From: a virus
Strand: one strand, 5' to 3'
DNA: 64,000 bases
IMG/VR virus record: IMGVR_UViG_3300006793_000013
How positions within the stretch are numbered: the stretch's first letter is position 1; every line of letters begins with the position of its first letter. Of the stretch, positions 28,037 through 36,271 are shown one piece after another. Under the pieces are notes generated by a model, which was given only the letters and a program-made list of their open reading frames with translations, was not told where the DNA came from and ran no database searches. Both the position numbers and the translations under genes were made by a program.

Positions 28037-29163
28037 TGGAACTAACATCACTTCAAAAAGAATTTAATAATTGTACATTAGAATACGATCTAGAAAAATT
28101 CAACTGGCCTGCATGGGCGTTAAGTGTTGTACAAGAAGTAGCACCACAGGTTACTAAACTAGAAACACTACACGAAGTACTATCTCCTAAAGAAATTGTA
28201 ACTGTTAGTAGACATGTACAAAATGCATGTAGTCGTAAAGACTTTATGGAACGCTTTGATGCTTTTGTTGCTGAATATATTCCGCAGCGTATCGATAATA
28301 AAAGATACATGATCCAGCGTCAAGGAACGTTGCGTGTTGTTATTCCTAATCAAGCAAGTGTAGGACGAAGACTTGCTTTCCATCAAGGTATCTTTGTAGG
28401 TAATGGCAGAGGTTGTAGAACTATATGGACACCGTTTACAGAAGCACGTGGTACTAACACTATGTGGATGGTAGATGTAGAAAATAGTAGAAGAATTACA
28501 AAACAAATTATGGCTGAGAAATGGAGTTTGGAACAGATAGAAGATGAATGTTTGAAACATGCGTTTCCCATTACACTAAAGCCAGGACAAAGCCATTTGT
28601 TCTTTCAAGAGATGTTACATGGTAACGTAAACAACGAAGAAGGTTATACACGGGTAAGCATGGACATGCGTATCCTTATTGAAGGTGAAGAATACGGTAG
28701 AAGACATCCAGGAGGATTTATGCGCTTACCAGGCGATCATGAAGTTGCTGGAGAAGCAGACTATACAGGAAAAAGTGCTATAACATATGCAGGCTGGAAC
28801 AGTAAGTTTTCAAATCAAATTCCGTTACCTATGCAAAGAGCAATTATTGAGCCATACTGCATTAAAAACAAAATTGAATATACAAGTTACGAATTTGAAA
28901 ACGAACACCTAGACTGGATGCCTGGTTTAGAATTTTATATTAATGAACAACCAGATGTTATTGTACTATGCAGTATCTATTCAATGACTGATGATGTTGA
29001 AAGACGTAAAGAGCTTTTTAATCTAGCATTAGAGAAAGGTGTTGAACTACACTTTGCAAATGAATTGTGTTCTATAAAGACAGTTAAAGACCTTGACAAA
29101 ATTGAAACTTATCTCAACTTTGCTGTTGCTAAAAAAGATCCTTATGTTTGGGAATTAGTGTAA
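28036..29163 (+). CDS. StrG-like Fe/2OG enzyme (HxG) fused to a sporadic-carbohydrate-cluster (LIC12192-like) domain
   Basis: QRQGTLRVVIP...FHQG...IWTPFTEARGTNT...LHGNVNN..GYTRVSMDMR; C-terminal IPLPMQRAII.PYC.KN..Y...IVLCSIY...LHFANE. Confidence 0.7.
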   Translation: MELTSLQKEFNNCTLEYDLEKFNWPAWALSVVQEVAPQVTKLETLHEVLSPKEIVTVSRHVQNACSRKDFMERFDAFVAEYIPQRIDNKRYMIQRQGTLRVVIPNQASVGRRLAFHQGIFVGNGRGCRTIWTPFTEARGTNTMWMVDVENSRRITKQIMAEKWSLEQIEDECLKHAFPITLKPGQSHLFFQEMLHGNVNNEEGYTRVSMDMRILIEGEEYGRRHPGGFMRLPGDHEVAGEADYTGKSAITYAGWNSKFSNQIPLPMQRAIIEPYCIKNKIEYTSYEFENEHLDWMPGLEFYINEQPDVIVLCSIYSMTDDVERRKELFNLALEKGVELHFANELCSIKTVKDLDKIETYLNFAVAKKDPYVWELV

Positions 29164-30648
29164 GTCTACCCAACTACTACCAGCATACGCTTGTATTTTA
29201 GAAGTAGAAGTATTGTAAATCATCTGTCCAGCAACTGCTGTAAGAGCATCACGTTGTGTTGTAGTGTATGATTTAAGTTGAGCTGGCCCACCAAATACTG
29301 TTTCTTGTTTTGAATTGAATCTAACAGCTTCATCTAACCCACCTGCGGCTGTTGCTGTACGTACAACATATCTACCTGGAACCTGATTAGTTGCAATAGT
29401 TCCATCAGCTTCAGCATCAACAACAACTGCTACACCAATTGATCCTGCTGTTGTTCCACCGTACCCCATATAAGCAATTCTAAATATACCATCGCCATTT
29501 TGAATAGCAGCTGGACTTGCTTTTGTACCACGAGTTTTAACAACCTGTTGTGCTGGTGCATCTGCACCATCGTTGTATGCTTGTACAGTGAATAGATCGT
29601 AATCATCTTCACCGTCACCTTCTGTTTCAAGGAATAAGCCGCCTGTTGTTAAATTTTTATTAAGAATGATATTACCTGTATCAACAGTATCATTATTCAC
29701 ATTACCTTTGATTTGACTTGCAATAGCATCAACAAGTATAGTTGAGTCATCACCTGACACGCTACCTCTTAGGTCACCTGTAACTGTTTCTGCAATAATT
29801 GCTTTAGTAATAGAGTTAACAATAACAGTACTATCGTCAGTGAATACACTTCCTTTTAAATCACCGTCAATTGCTGCTGCTGTTACAGAACTTGCTGAAA
29901 CTGAGTTTGCAGTAACGGAGTTGTTTGAAGTATTAACAATTGTGCTAGAGTCATCACCAATGATGTTTGCATTTACGTTTGCTCCCGGTTCTGCAACACC
30001 GCCAAGTGTTAGTCCGCCTACTGTTGAACCTGCTGGAAGTTCAATAGCGCCACCGTTATTCGTAATTGCTGCACCATCAACCCATACGCCGTTTTTAACA
30101 TAAACGTTGTTAAATTGTGTGCCAGGTGCACCAACGTTATGTGTGTCTGCTGTACCAGGTACAATGTTATCTTTTACTGTACCGGATAAGTTAACAGCAC
30201 CTTCTACTGCGTTTACTAGTATAGTTGAGTCATCGCCAAATACAGAACCATTGTAGTCTGCTACAATTTTACCTTCAACAGTCAAGTTGCCATTAATTGT
30301 GCTGTTTCCAGTTATGTTCAATCCACCACTGCCAGTAATGTTGAATGAGTTTAAGTCTAAATTCTGTAGCAACTGCGGTTGATTTGCTGTTGCGGAAATT
30401 GTGTTGGCCCCATCGTTATATGTAAAACTAATACCTGTATTGGGTCCTGCTACAAGCATGTTTGCAACTGCGTCTTGTGCATCTTCTGCATTAAAACCAG
30501 TTACTGCTTCTAAATCTTTTAGTAAGGTTGTTCCGTCACCTACGTACAGTTTGGCTTGATCTGTAACCCAAATTAGCTCACCCGCTTGTGGAGCGGTCGC
30601 TAGTACTTGGCGTTCAGCGTCGGTTCCTCTTCTTATCTGTAATGGCAT
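29155..30648 (-). CDS. Tail fibre-like virion protein
   Basis: N-terminal LQIRRGT..ER...GELIW.TD..KLYVGDG (Mtd/hyaluronidase-type fibre N-terminus), G/N/T-rich repeats, C-terminal GQMIYNT; AGGAG SD. Confidence 0.75.
   Translation of the reverse strand: MPLQIRRGTDAERQVLATAPQAGELIWVTDQAKLYVGDGTTLLKDLEAVTGFNAEDAQDAVANMLVAGPNTGISFTYNDGANTISATANQPQLLQNLDLNSFNITGSGGLNITGNSTINGNLTVEGKIVADYNGSVFGDDSTILVNAVEGAVNLSGTVKDNIVPGTADTHNVGAPGTQFNNVYVKNGVWVDGAAITNNGGAIELPAGSTVGGLTLGGVAEPGANVNANIIGDDSSTIVNTSNNSVTANSVSASSVTAAAIDGDLKGSVFTDDSTVIVNSITKAIIAETVTGDLRGSVSGDDSTILVDAIASQIKGNVNNDTVDTGNIILNKNLTTGGLFLETEGDGEDDYDLFTVQAYNDGADAPAQQVVKTRGTKASPAAIQNGDGIFRIAYMGYGGTTAGSIGVAVVVDAEADGTIATNQVPGRYVVRTATAAGGLDEAVRFNSKQETVFGGPAQLKSYTTTQRDALTAVAGQMIYNTSTSKIQAYAGSSWVDLH
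29730..30250 (-). repeat. Four degenerate GSVxxDDSTILV repeats within the fibre gene (boundaries approximate)
   Basis: GSVFGDDSTILVNAV, IIGDDSSTIVNT, GSVFTDDSTVIVNSI, GSVSGDDSTILVDAI. Confidence 0.75.
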
Positions 30649-30722
30649 ATTCTTTTAAACTCCTGGCAATATTCGTTTCTATACTTAGTATTTATGCCTG
30701 TACGCTTATTCGTGCATAATTC

Positions 30723-31295
30723 CTAAGTTGTGATTTCAACGTCTGCTGCTATTATATATCTATATTTATCACTTTGTGGCGCCGCTGGCCGATGCCAGTA
30801 TTCGCTTGGGTATATTAACCACGTATATTCGTCAGGTTTAACAAAGAATTTACCGTCATTATTGGGTCCGTTAGGAGCGAATTCTGTACCACATAAGTTT
30901 TTGTCCTGCACATCGTCGGGTATTTCTAAGTACATAATACCGCTCATGCTTTTAGGCTCTGGTTTGTGTTGATGATGGTGCCAAAGTCTTTCTCTATCTT
31001 CTGCACCTTCTTTGTTTGTCATAAAACTCCAAGCCTGCATGTTACCTACTTGCACTTCACGTCCAAAGTACATAAACACACTAAACAAGAAGCTCATACG
31101 ATACTTCAACCATAGTGGCTCTGGTCTACTAAAAATGTTTTCTTTTGTCTGATACTTGGGACTATTTTCCCAGTAGTTGCCACTATCAATAATATGCTTT
31201 ATAATAGCAATAGCATTTTGATTATCTTCAGCAGTTATAGTACTGCTAAAGTTAAACTTTCTGAATACTTCGTTTTGATCTATAATGTTACTCAC
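30723..31295 (-). CDS. Putative 2OG-Fe(II) oxygenase
   Basis: WHHHQH...SGIMYL...IYPSEYWHRP...RYIIAAD. Confidence 0.7.
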   Translation of the reverse strand: MSNIIDQNEVFRKFNFSSTITAEDNQNAIAIIKHIIDSGNYWENSPKYQTKENIFSRPEPLWLKYRMSFLFSVFMYFGREVQVGNMQAWSFMTNKEGAEDRERLWHHHQHKPEPKSMSGIMYLEIPDDVQDKNLCGTEFAPNGPNNDGKFFVKPDEYTWLIYPSEYWHRPAAPQSDKYRYIIAADVEITT

Positions 31296-31845
31296 TGTAC
31301 AATCCTGGCACAATCTCAGTATCCATATTCCATGATATGATTGTTTTTATTTTATCATTATTATTTATGGGAGCTCTGTGTACAACAAAACTAGGAAATG
31401 TAATAGTTTGTCCTTCTTTTATGTCAAACGTTTGTACATCTGTTTGTTCATAAGGAACTATATATTCTGTTTGTGGACTACCGTCTGGTAAGTCTAAATA
31501 ATAAACACTGGTCCAGTTAGCACCATGTACATGCCAACCATGATAGCTCTGATCAGCATATTGCTGGAACCATATTTCTTTTAATCTATAAAACTCGTAC
31601 CCTAACTCTTTAGAAACTTTTAGAAGATGATTGTGGAAATGGTCTCCTAGTAAGTGCAACCACTTCTTGTTGTAATCCCATCTTGCAGATTCCCAATCGG
31701 ATCTCGTGATGTTTACAGCATCTTCAGATTCTTGTAATCCTTGTACTTCTTGTTCGTTAATAGCATTAAGAACATCTTGCTTTAGTTCTGCATGTTGTTC
31801 AAACTCACCAATAACATAAGGACAGTTAATAGGTAACTTTATCAT
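31288..31845 (-). CDS. Putative 2OG-Fe(II) oxygenase (TIGR02466-like)
   Basis: WFQQY...HGWHVH...VYYL...FPSFVVHRAP...IISWN. Confidence 0.8.
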   Translation of the reverse strand: MIKLPINCPYVIGEFEQHAELKQDVLNAINEQEVQGLQESEDAVNITRSDWESARWDYNKKWLHLLGDHFHNHLLKVSKELGYEFYRLKEIWFQQYADQSYHGWHVHGANWTSVYYLDLPDGSPQTEYIVPYEQTDVQTFDIKEGQTITFPSFVVHRAPINNNDKIKTIISWNMDTEIVPGLYSE

Positions 31846-32537
31846 TCCTGCTCGTCAAACCCTTCCCAATATTCGTTTTCTTTTAAATATTCTGGTGTGT
31901 ACATATCTTCTTTGTCATGCCACTTAGGATTGAAGTAACCAACACTAGCATAATAGCCTTTGCCTGTTGTGTCATTATAGTCAAAGTCTGCTTCAAGTTC
32001 TACTTTATCATACCAAACGTTTTCGACAATTTCAGACACACTAGTTTCAACTGAACTAAATGCTAGTTTCTTAGGATCAAAGTCTTCACCTTCGGTTTCA
32101 ACAAACCACGAACCGAAGCCACCCTTCTCTCCACTATGAAAACAAAGGACTGGAATCAATCCTTCTTCTTCTTTGTCTTGATGATATGCTTCTCTGCCAT
32201 ACAAGTGATACGGTTCAAACCTAAGTTCATTTTCGTCCCACCCGTAATCATCACTACCGTCTGCAGGTACTTCGTTAACAAACCATTCACCGTCAGCATA
32301 AGAGTTATTAAGATGTTCTAGTTCATCACACTCATGCCATGCATTAAAATCTTCTGCAATTTTAGGTGCATCTTTGTCGCCCATGTCTTCATCGTCCCAT
32401 TCGTAACTAGTTACAGTTTCAATAAGGTCCGATTCGTCTTTGTCAATAAAGTAATCTACAAACTCTTTACTAACCTCTCCAATGGTAAGTTCTCCACCAT
32501 AGTTACTTGCTTGAATTCTAAATCTACGCTTTGCCAT
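31842..32537 (-). CDS. Acidic hypothetical phage protein
   Basis: 231 aa ORF in operon context. Confidence 0.6.
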   Translation of the reverse strand: MAKRRFRIQASNYGGELTIGEVSKEFVDYFIDKDESDLIETVTSYEWDDEDMGDKDAPKIAEDFNAWHECDELEHLNNSYADGEWFVNEVPADGSDDYGWDENELRFEPYHLYGREAYHQDKEEEGLIPVLCFHSGEKGGFGSWFVETEGEDFDPKKLAFSSVETSVSEIVENVWYDKVELEADFDYNDTTGKGYYASVGYFNPKWHDKEDMYTPEYLKENEYWEGFDEQE

Positions 32538-33255
32538 CTATAATACCTCTTTTTATTTCTTTTAGAATGAGTGATTTCATTCTACTATCTTTAAACCGTT
32601 TATACCTATCTGCTAACGGCACCCAAGATTCCCAACTAGTTGCTGTACTACATGCAACTGAATAGCGTTTAAGTTCTTCATTCATCTTAAAACGCACAAA
32701 TTCTATAGGACGATCTGTGCCAAAACTAAAATAGCACAACGGCTCGTCTTTCTTAATTGTAAACTTTGATACATTAGGATCTAACATAAACTCTACATTA
32801 ACAGCTCTAAACCATCTGCCAACATCATACCTTCCAGGTACAACAGTTGCAGTCTTTTGCCAAGGTGAATTATCAAACCATGGAGCAGTTAATGTACAAT
32901 CTAGTTCGTCTGCTTCTGTAAAGAAGATGTAACGTAAACCATATTCTAAAAGTGTTTGATCTTTTAGATTAGGTCCACGTACAACATTAGCAAATACACC
33001 TTGTTGTTTTTGAGGAGGGATTAAGTTTCCGTTGTCAAACTCAAAAGTAGATGTTAACGGATTCTTAAAAACAAGTGTATTCTTTGCTAGATTTTTATAT
33101 GCAGGACAATAAAAGAAACTATCGTATTTGTCAATGTCAGTCTTACGTTTGTATGACTTATCAAATACAGTAGTAGGATCAGAATATAACATATTCCAAT
33201 CGATATTACCTGCTTCGTAATCAGGTGCCCAGTATACTTTTAGGGCCTTTGACAT
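32524..33255 (-). CDS. Hypothetical phage protein
   Basis: 243 aa ORF, translationally coupled. Confidence 0.6.
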   Translation of the reverse strand: MSKALKVYWAPDYEAGNIDWNMLYSDPTTVFDKSYKRKTDIDKYDSFFYCPAYKNLAKNTLVFKNPLTSTFEFDNGNLIPPQKQQGVFANVVRGPNLKDQTLLEYGLRYIFFTEADELDCTLTAPWFDNSPWQKTATVVPGRYDVGRWFRAVNVEFMLDPNVSKFTIKKDEPLCYFSFGTDRPIEFVRFKMNEELKRYSVACSTATSWESWVPLADRYKRFKDSRMKSLILKEIKRGIIDGKA

Positions 33256-33810
33256 TTACAGTAGTCCTTCTTGACCTAAAATTGCAACATTATCGTCTGT
33301 GATAGGAATCTCTGTCTTAACCATTAGTTCAAAGATTTCTTCTTCTAGTTGCTGTCTATTAATTTTTAAGTTTGCCAACTCTGCTTTTGCTTGTTTGATT
33401 TGGTCTAAAGAAACAACACCAGTTGAAACACTGCCTGTTACTTCTTTTAGATATCCTGCAAGTGCATCAGGGTCTGTAAGCGGAACTGCTTTTGCAATTT
33501 GCTCTACCTGTGTAATCCTATTGTCAACAAAGCCAATTTTTGCTTGTGCTGTAGTGATACCACAACCTGCATTTGCTTGTGCAATAAGTGCCGCAATGTT
33601 GTAATAGATAGTTAATAGTTTATTCCTACGCTCGTCAGTCTTAAACAATAACTCATTTGAGTCCTGTAAAGTCTTTACAATGTCGTCATCAGTATTAACT
33701 TCTTTTGAAAACTCAAGAGTAATTGCATCAATATAACGCTTAATGTTATTCTGTAAGTGTGTTGCTTTGCGGATGTTCATTTGCATCTGCTCGGTTTTCT
33801 TCTCTTCCAT
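33256..33810 (-). CDS. Coiled-coil hypothetical protein
   Basis: 184 aa helical ORF; true start may be 33783/33777. Confidence 0.55.
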   Translation of the reverse strand: MEEKKTEQMQMNIRKATHLQNNIKRYIDAITLEFSKEVNTDDDIVKTLQDSNELLFKTDERRNKLLTIYYNIAALIAQANAGCGITTAQAKIGFVDNRITQVEQIAKAVPLTDPDALAGYLKEVTGSVSTGVVSLDQIKQAKAELANLKINRQQLEEEIFELMVKTEIPITDDNVAILGQEGLL

Positions 33811-34096
33811 ATTGCTCTTCCTCCTCTTGGAATCGTTTTGCCATTAATTCATCTTCAGCACTTTTAATTTTACCGTTGTAATGATCTTCAGTATAAAATC
33901 CTAGTGCGATTTCCTTAATTGCTATTTTAGTAGTTTTTTGCCCTTTCTGATATTCAACTAAAGGTTTGGATCCTTGTTGTATTTCTCTTGCTCTCTTACT
34001 TGCCATTAACACTAGCAAGTGTTGTGAATTTATTAAATCGTGTGCCTGTTGGTGGTATCCGTATTGCTCTTTTTGCTTATCATCAAGTTCGGGCAT
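33746..34096 (-). CDS. rpoZ: RNA polymerase omega subunit homolog
   Basis: INSQHLLVLMASKRAREIQQGSKPLV...TTKIAIKEIALG matches the omega core (xSRYxLVxxAAKRARQL..G..PLV...ALxEI..G). Confidence 0.8.
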   Translation of the reverse strand: MPELDDKQKEQYGYHQQAHDLINSQHLLVLMASKRAREIQQGSKPLVEYQKGQKTTKIAIKEIALGFYTEDHYNGKIKSAEDELMAKRFQEEEEQYGREENRADANEHPQSNTLTE

Positions 34097-34130
34097 AAAT
34101 TTTCCTATCGTTATTTTTGTTTATATCATC

Positions 34131-34159
34131 AGTATAGCATCTACAGTACCTTTAGTCAA
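34131..34159 (-). promoter_or_regulatory. sigma70 promoter TTGACT-N17-TATACT (TGC before -10)
   Basis: Directly upstream of rpoZ. Confidence 0.7.
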
Positions 34160-34163
34160 CACC

Positions 34164-34775
34164 TTATTTTGCTATAAGTTTAACGTCCCAAGCCAAAATA
34201 GTTCTACTTCCTTGGCCTTTCCACGGATAAACAGTATGCGAAACATAACTTGGAAATATAATCATCTTTAAAGGTTCTGGCTTAAAACGCCACTGATCAG
34301 TAAACACAAAATGAGCAGGGTTTCTAATTACTGGTAATCTAAATTCAATATTTGCATCACTGCTTTTTGAACCTTCATCAAGTAATGGAACGTCCAAATA
34401 GATATTCCCACTAATATGTGCTTCGTGGTTATGTAATGCTTGGTAGTCGCCTGCTGTTTGCTTAATAGTCCATGCTGATACAAGCATTGGCTTATAACCA
34501 TTTAAATCACTAACACCACTTGTTTTAATAATGTTGTCAATATATGCTTGGCATCGTTCTTCAATGTATTGAGATAAAAAAGAAGTATCAAGTTTAAATT
34601 CATTTGGAACAACTTGTACTTGCTGACCTCCCCTAATGCTAATATTAGGATCGCCTTCATCATTGTGTTCGTTATGTTCGTGAGCAGCATTTACTATTTC
34701 ACGTAACCTACTGTATTGTTCAGCAGTAACATCATCTACGGCCATTACCGTAGGATTAAAATATGCAAATTTCAT
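34164..34775 (-). CDS. Putative 2OG-Fe(II) oxygenase
   Basis: AWT...LHNH..ISGNIYL...IFPSYVSHTVYP...RTILAWD. Confidence 0.8.
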   Translation of the reverse strand: MKFAYFNPTVMAVDDVTAEQYSRLREIVNAAHEHNEHNDEGDPNISIRGGQQVQVVPNEFKLDTSFLSQYIEERCQAYIDNIIKTSGVSDLNGYKPMLVSAWTIKQTAGDYQALHNHEAHISGNIYLDVPLLDEGSKSSDANIEFRLPVIRNPAHFVFTDQWRFKPEPLKMIIFPSYVSHTVYPWKGQGSRTILAWDVKLIAK

Positions 34776-35374
34776 TATACTTCTAACCTTGTTAATGTTT
34801 GTTGATTTAATTTGCCTCTTACAAAAGTATTAAAACTTAATGATATGCGAGGCTCATCACCATCGTATGGTTGTACTAAGTGTTCTACGCTCGATGGAAA
34901 AATTAACATTGTTCCAACAGCAGGATCTACAGACCAACTTTTGCTGTTGTAAAGATTTGCTTCTGTAATATCAAATTCAAGTGTATCGTACTGACTTGTA
35001 ATAAAACTAGTATGTCCGCCTTTGTCTGCTTCGCCTGACATAAACACAATTGCTGAAAGTGTTGAGTTAGGATGCCAATGCCTATGATGTGTTTGTCCTT
35101 TGTTAGTTTTATTAAACCAAGACTCTGTAATGTAAATTTCTGTATCTTCTGATACTTTCATTACACCATGAAAGTAATCGTTAATACCTTTCATACATTC
35201 TTTTTTAAGTTTAGTAAAGTGAGGATCATCTAGTACTGCTTGACTAGTACTAATATTGTTTTGATAGTTTTGCACCCATTCAATCTTACTTAAATCTGTG
35301 CCTTCTAAATCTACTTGAGTGCGTATAATTGTTTTAGCAAACAGTGGATATACTTCTAAGTTCTCGTTGTTCAT
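34775..35374 (-). CDS. Putative 2OG-Fe(II) oxygenase (TIGR02466 family)
   Basis: SWFN...HHRHWHPNSTLSAIVF...IFPSSVEHLV...RISLSFN; start ATG 35374. Confidence 0.85.
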   Translation of the reverse strand: MNNENLEVYPLFAKTIIRTQVDLEGTDLSKIEWVQNYQNNISTSQAVLDDPHFTKLKKECMKGINDYFHGVMKVSEDTEIYITESWFNKTNKGQTHHRHWHPNSTLSAIVFMSGEADKGGHTSFITSQYDTLEFDITEANLYNSKSWSVDPAVGTMLIFPSSVEHLVQPYDGDEPRISLSFNTFVRGKLNQQTLTRLEV

Positions 35375-35381
35375 GCTTTTC

Positions 35382-35573
35382 CTAAGTTGATAAAGAGTTA
35401 ATAGGTTTACACTGGTACTGTATTGTTGACCAATCTCCATCAGGTGGAAGAGTTTCAAATACGGCTAGCATTTTAAAACACTCCTCTTCAGTTTCAAACC
35501 ATTGTACATCTTGTTCAACACATGTTGAACCTAAACATACTGTTAATAATATATGCCAGATAAATTCCATCAT
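35382..35573 (-). CDS. Small hypothetical protein
   Basis: 63 aa, hydrophobic N-terminus, CxxxxC...C...C. Confidence 0.5.
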   Translation of the reverse strand: MMEFIWHILLTVCLGSTCVEQDVQWFETEEECFKMLAVFETLPPDGDWSTIQYQCKPINSLST

Positions 35574-35585
35574 ATATCCTGTACG

Positions 35586-35661
35586 TGGTGGAGCCAGAGG
35601 GAATCGAACCCACGACCTCCTGAATGCAAATCAGGCGCTCTCCCAACTGAGCTATGGCCCC
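35586..35661 (-). tRNA. tRNA-Ala(TGC)
   Basis: GGGGCCATAGCTCAG...CCTGA-TTTGCAT-TCAGG...GGTTCGATT...GGCTCCACCA; 76 nt, G3:U70, encoded CCA. Confidence 0.97.
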
Positions 35662-36173
35662 TATTCATGTTCGCCACCTGGATCGTTTTTGTCTAAAGGC
35701 ACTTTATGGGCGTTACCTTTTTCATCTCTCCAAATAGTATAAGTTCTTCCTCTACCATATGAAGTATAGCCGCTGACAAAATTAAAGGCGCTCGGCTTTC
35801 TATGAGCTGTTTCAAATGTTGCTACTGTGACAGCAATAGCACCTAGGAGTAATACGTGTAGCACCATACTAAACACTCCCATATACATGCTACCTACAAT
35901 AATACCAAATACTGTACACCACATCCATGCTAATACTTGCATAATCATATGGCGTGTACTAAAGTCTGGAATTTTACTCAGTGGATTCTTTTCATAATCC
36001 ATTACTACATTCCAACAATTATATACCCATTCTCTCATATCTCTTACTTTCTCAAATGTTACTTCTTTAGGATAGTTTGCATCTGCACTATCTCTAAAAT
36101 CTATTGCATCATATAAGTCATGAAATTTTTGCACAACTTTATAATTCTTAAAATATGCAGTGACCTTATACAT
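35661..36173 (-). CDS. Conserved marine-phage membrane protein
   Basis: 170 aa with two TM segments (QVLAWMWC...AVTVATF). Confidence 0.6.
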   Translation of the reverse strand: MYKVTAYFKNYKVVQKFHDLYDAIDFRDSADANYPKEVTFEKVRDMREWVYNCWNVVMDYEKNPLSKIPDFSTRHMIMQVLAWMWCTVFGIIVGSMYMGVFSMVLHVLLLGAIAVTVATFETAHRKPSAFNFVSGYTSYGRGRTYTIWRDEKGNAHKVPLDKNDPGGEHE

Positions 36174-36188
36174 TGCACCCTCTAAATT

Positions 36189-36264
36189 TGGTGCTGGATG
36201 TCGGATTCGAACTGACCACCTGCTGATTACAAATCAGCTGCTCTACCAAATGAGCTAATCCAGC
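36189..36264 (-). tRNA. tRNA-Thr(TGT)
   Basis: GCTGGATTAGCTCA...GCTGA-TTTGTAA-TCAGC...GTTCGAAT...ATCCAGCACCA; 76 nt; one A.C mismatch in T stem. Confidence 0.95.
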
Positions 36265-36271
36265 GTATGTT

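Noticed and set aside
3652-29163. Island as a RiPP cluster (radical SAM/SPASM plus precursor peptide)
   Set aside because: No short precursor ORF, PqqD/RRE domain, peptidase or transporter was identified; sugar-type enzymes dominate
29155-30648. Diversity-generating retroelement suggested by the Mtd-like fibre N-terminus
   Set aside because: No reverse transcriptase and no near-identical TR/VR pair with adenine-specific differences seen in the window
33746-33810. Overlap of rpoZ with the downstream gene as a frameshift fusion
   Set aside because: Both ORFs are self-contained, and the overlap is explained by a later start (33783/33777)
36189-36264. A.C mismatch in the tRNA-Thr T-stem as a sign of pseudogene or editing
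   Set aside because: Single mismatch; all other stems and CCA are intact, within normal phage tRNA variation
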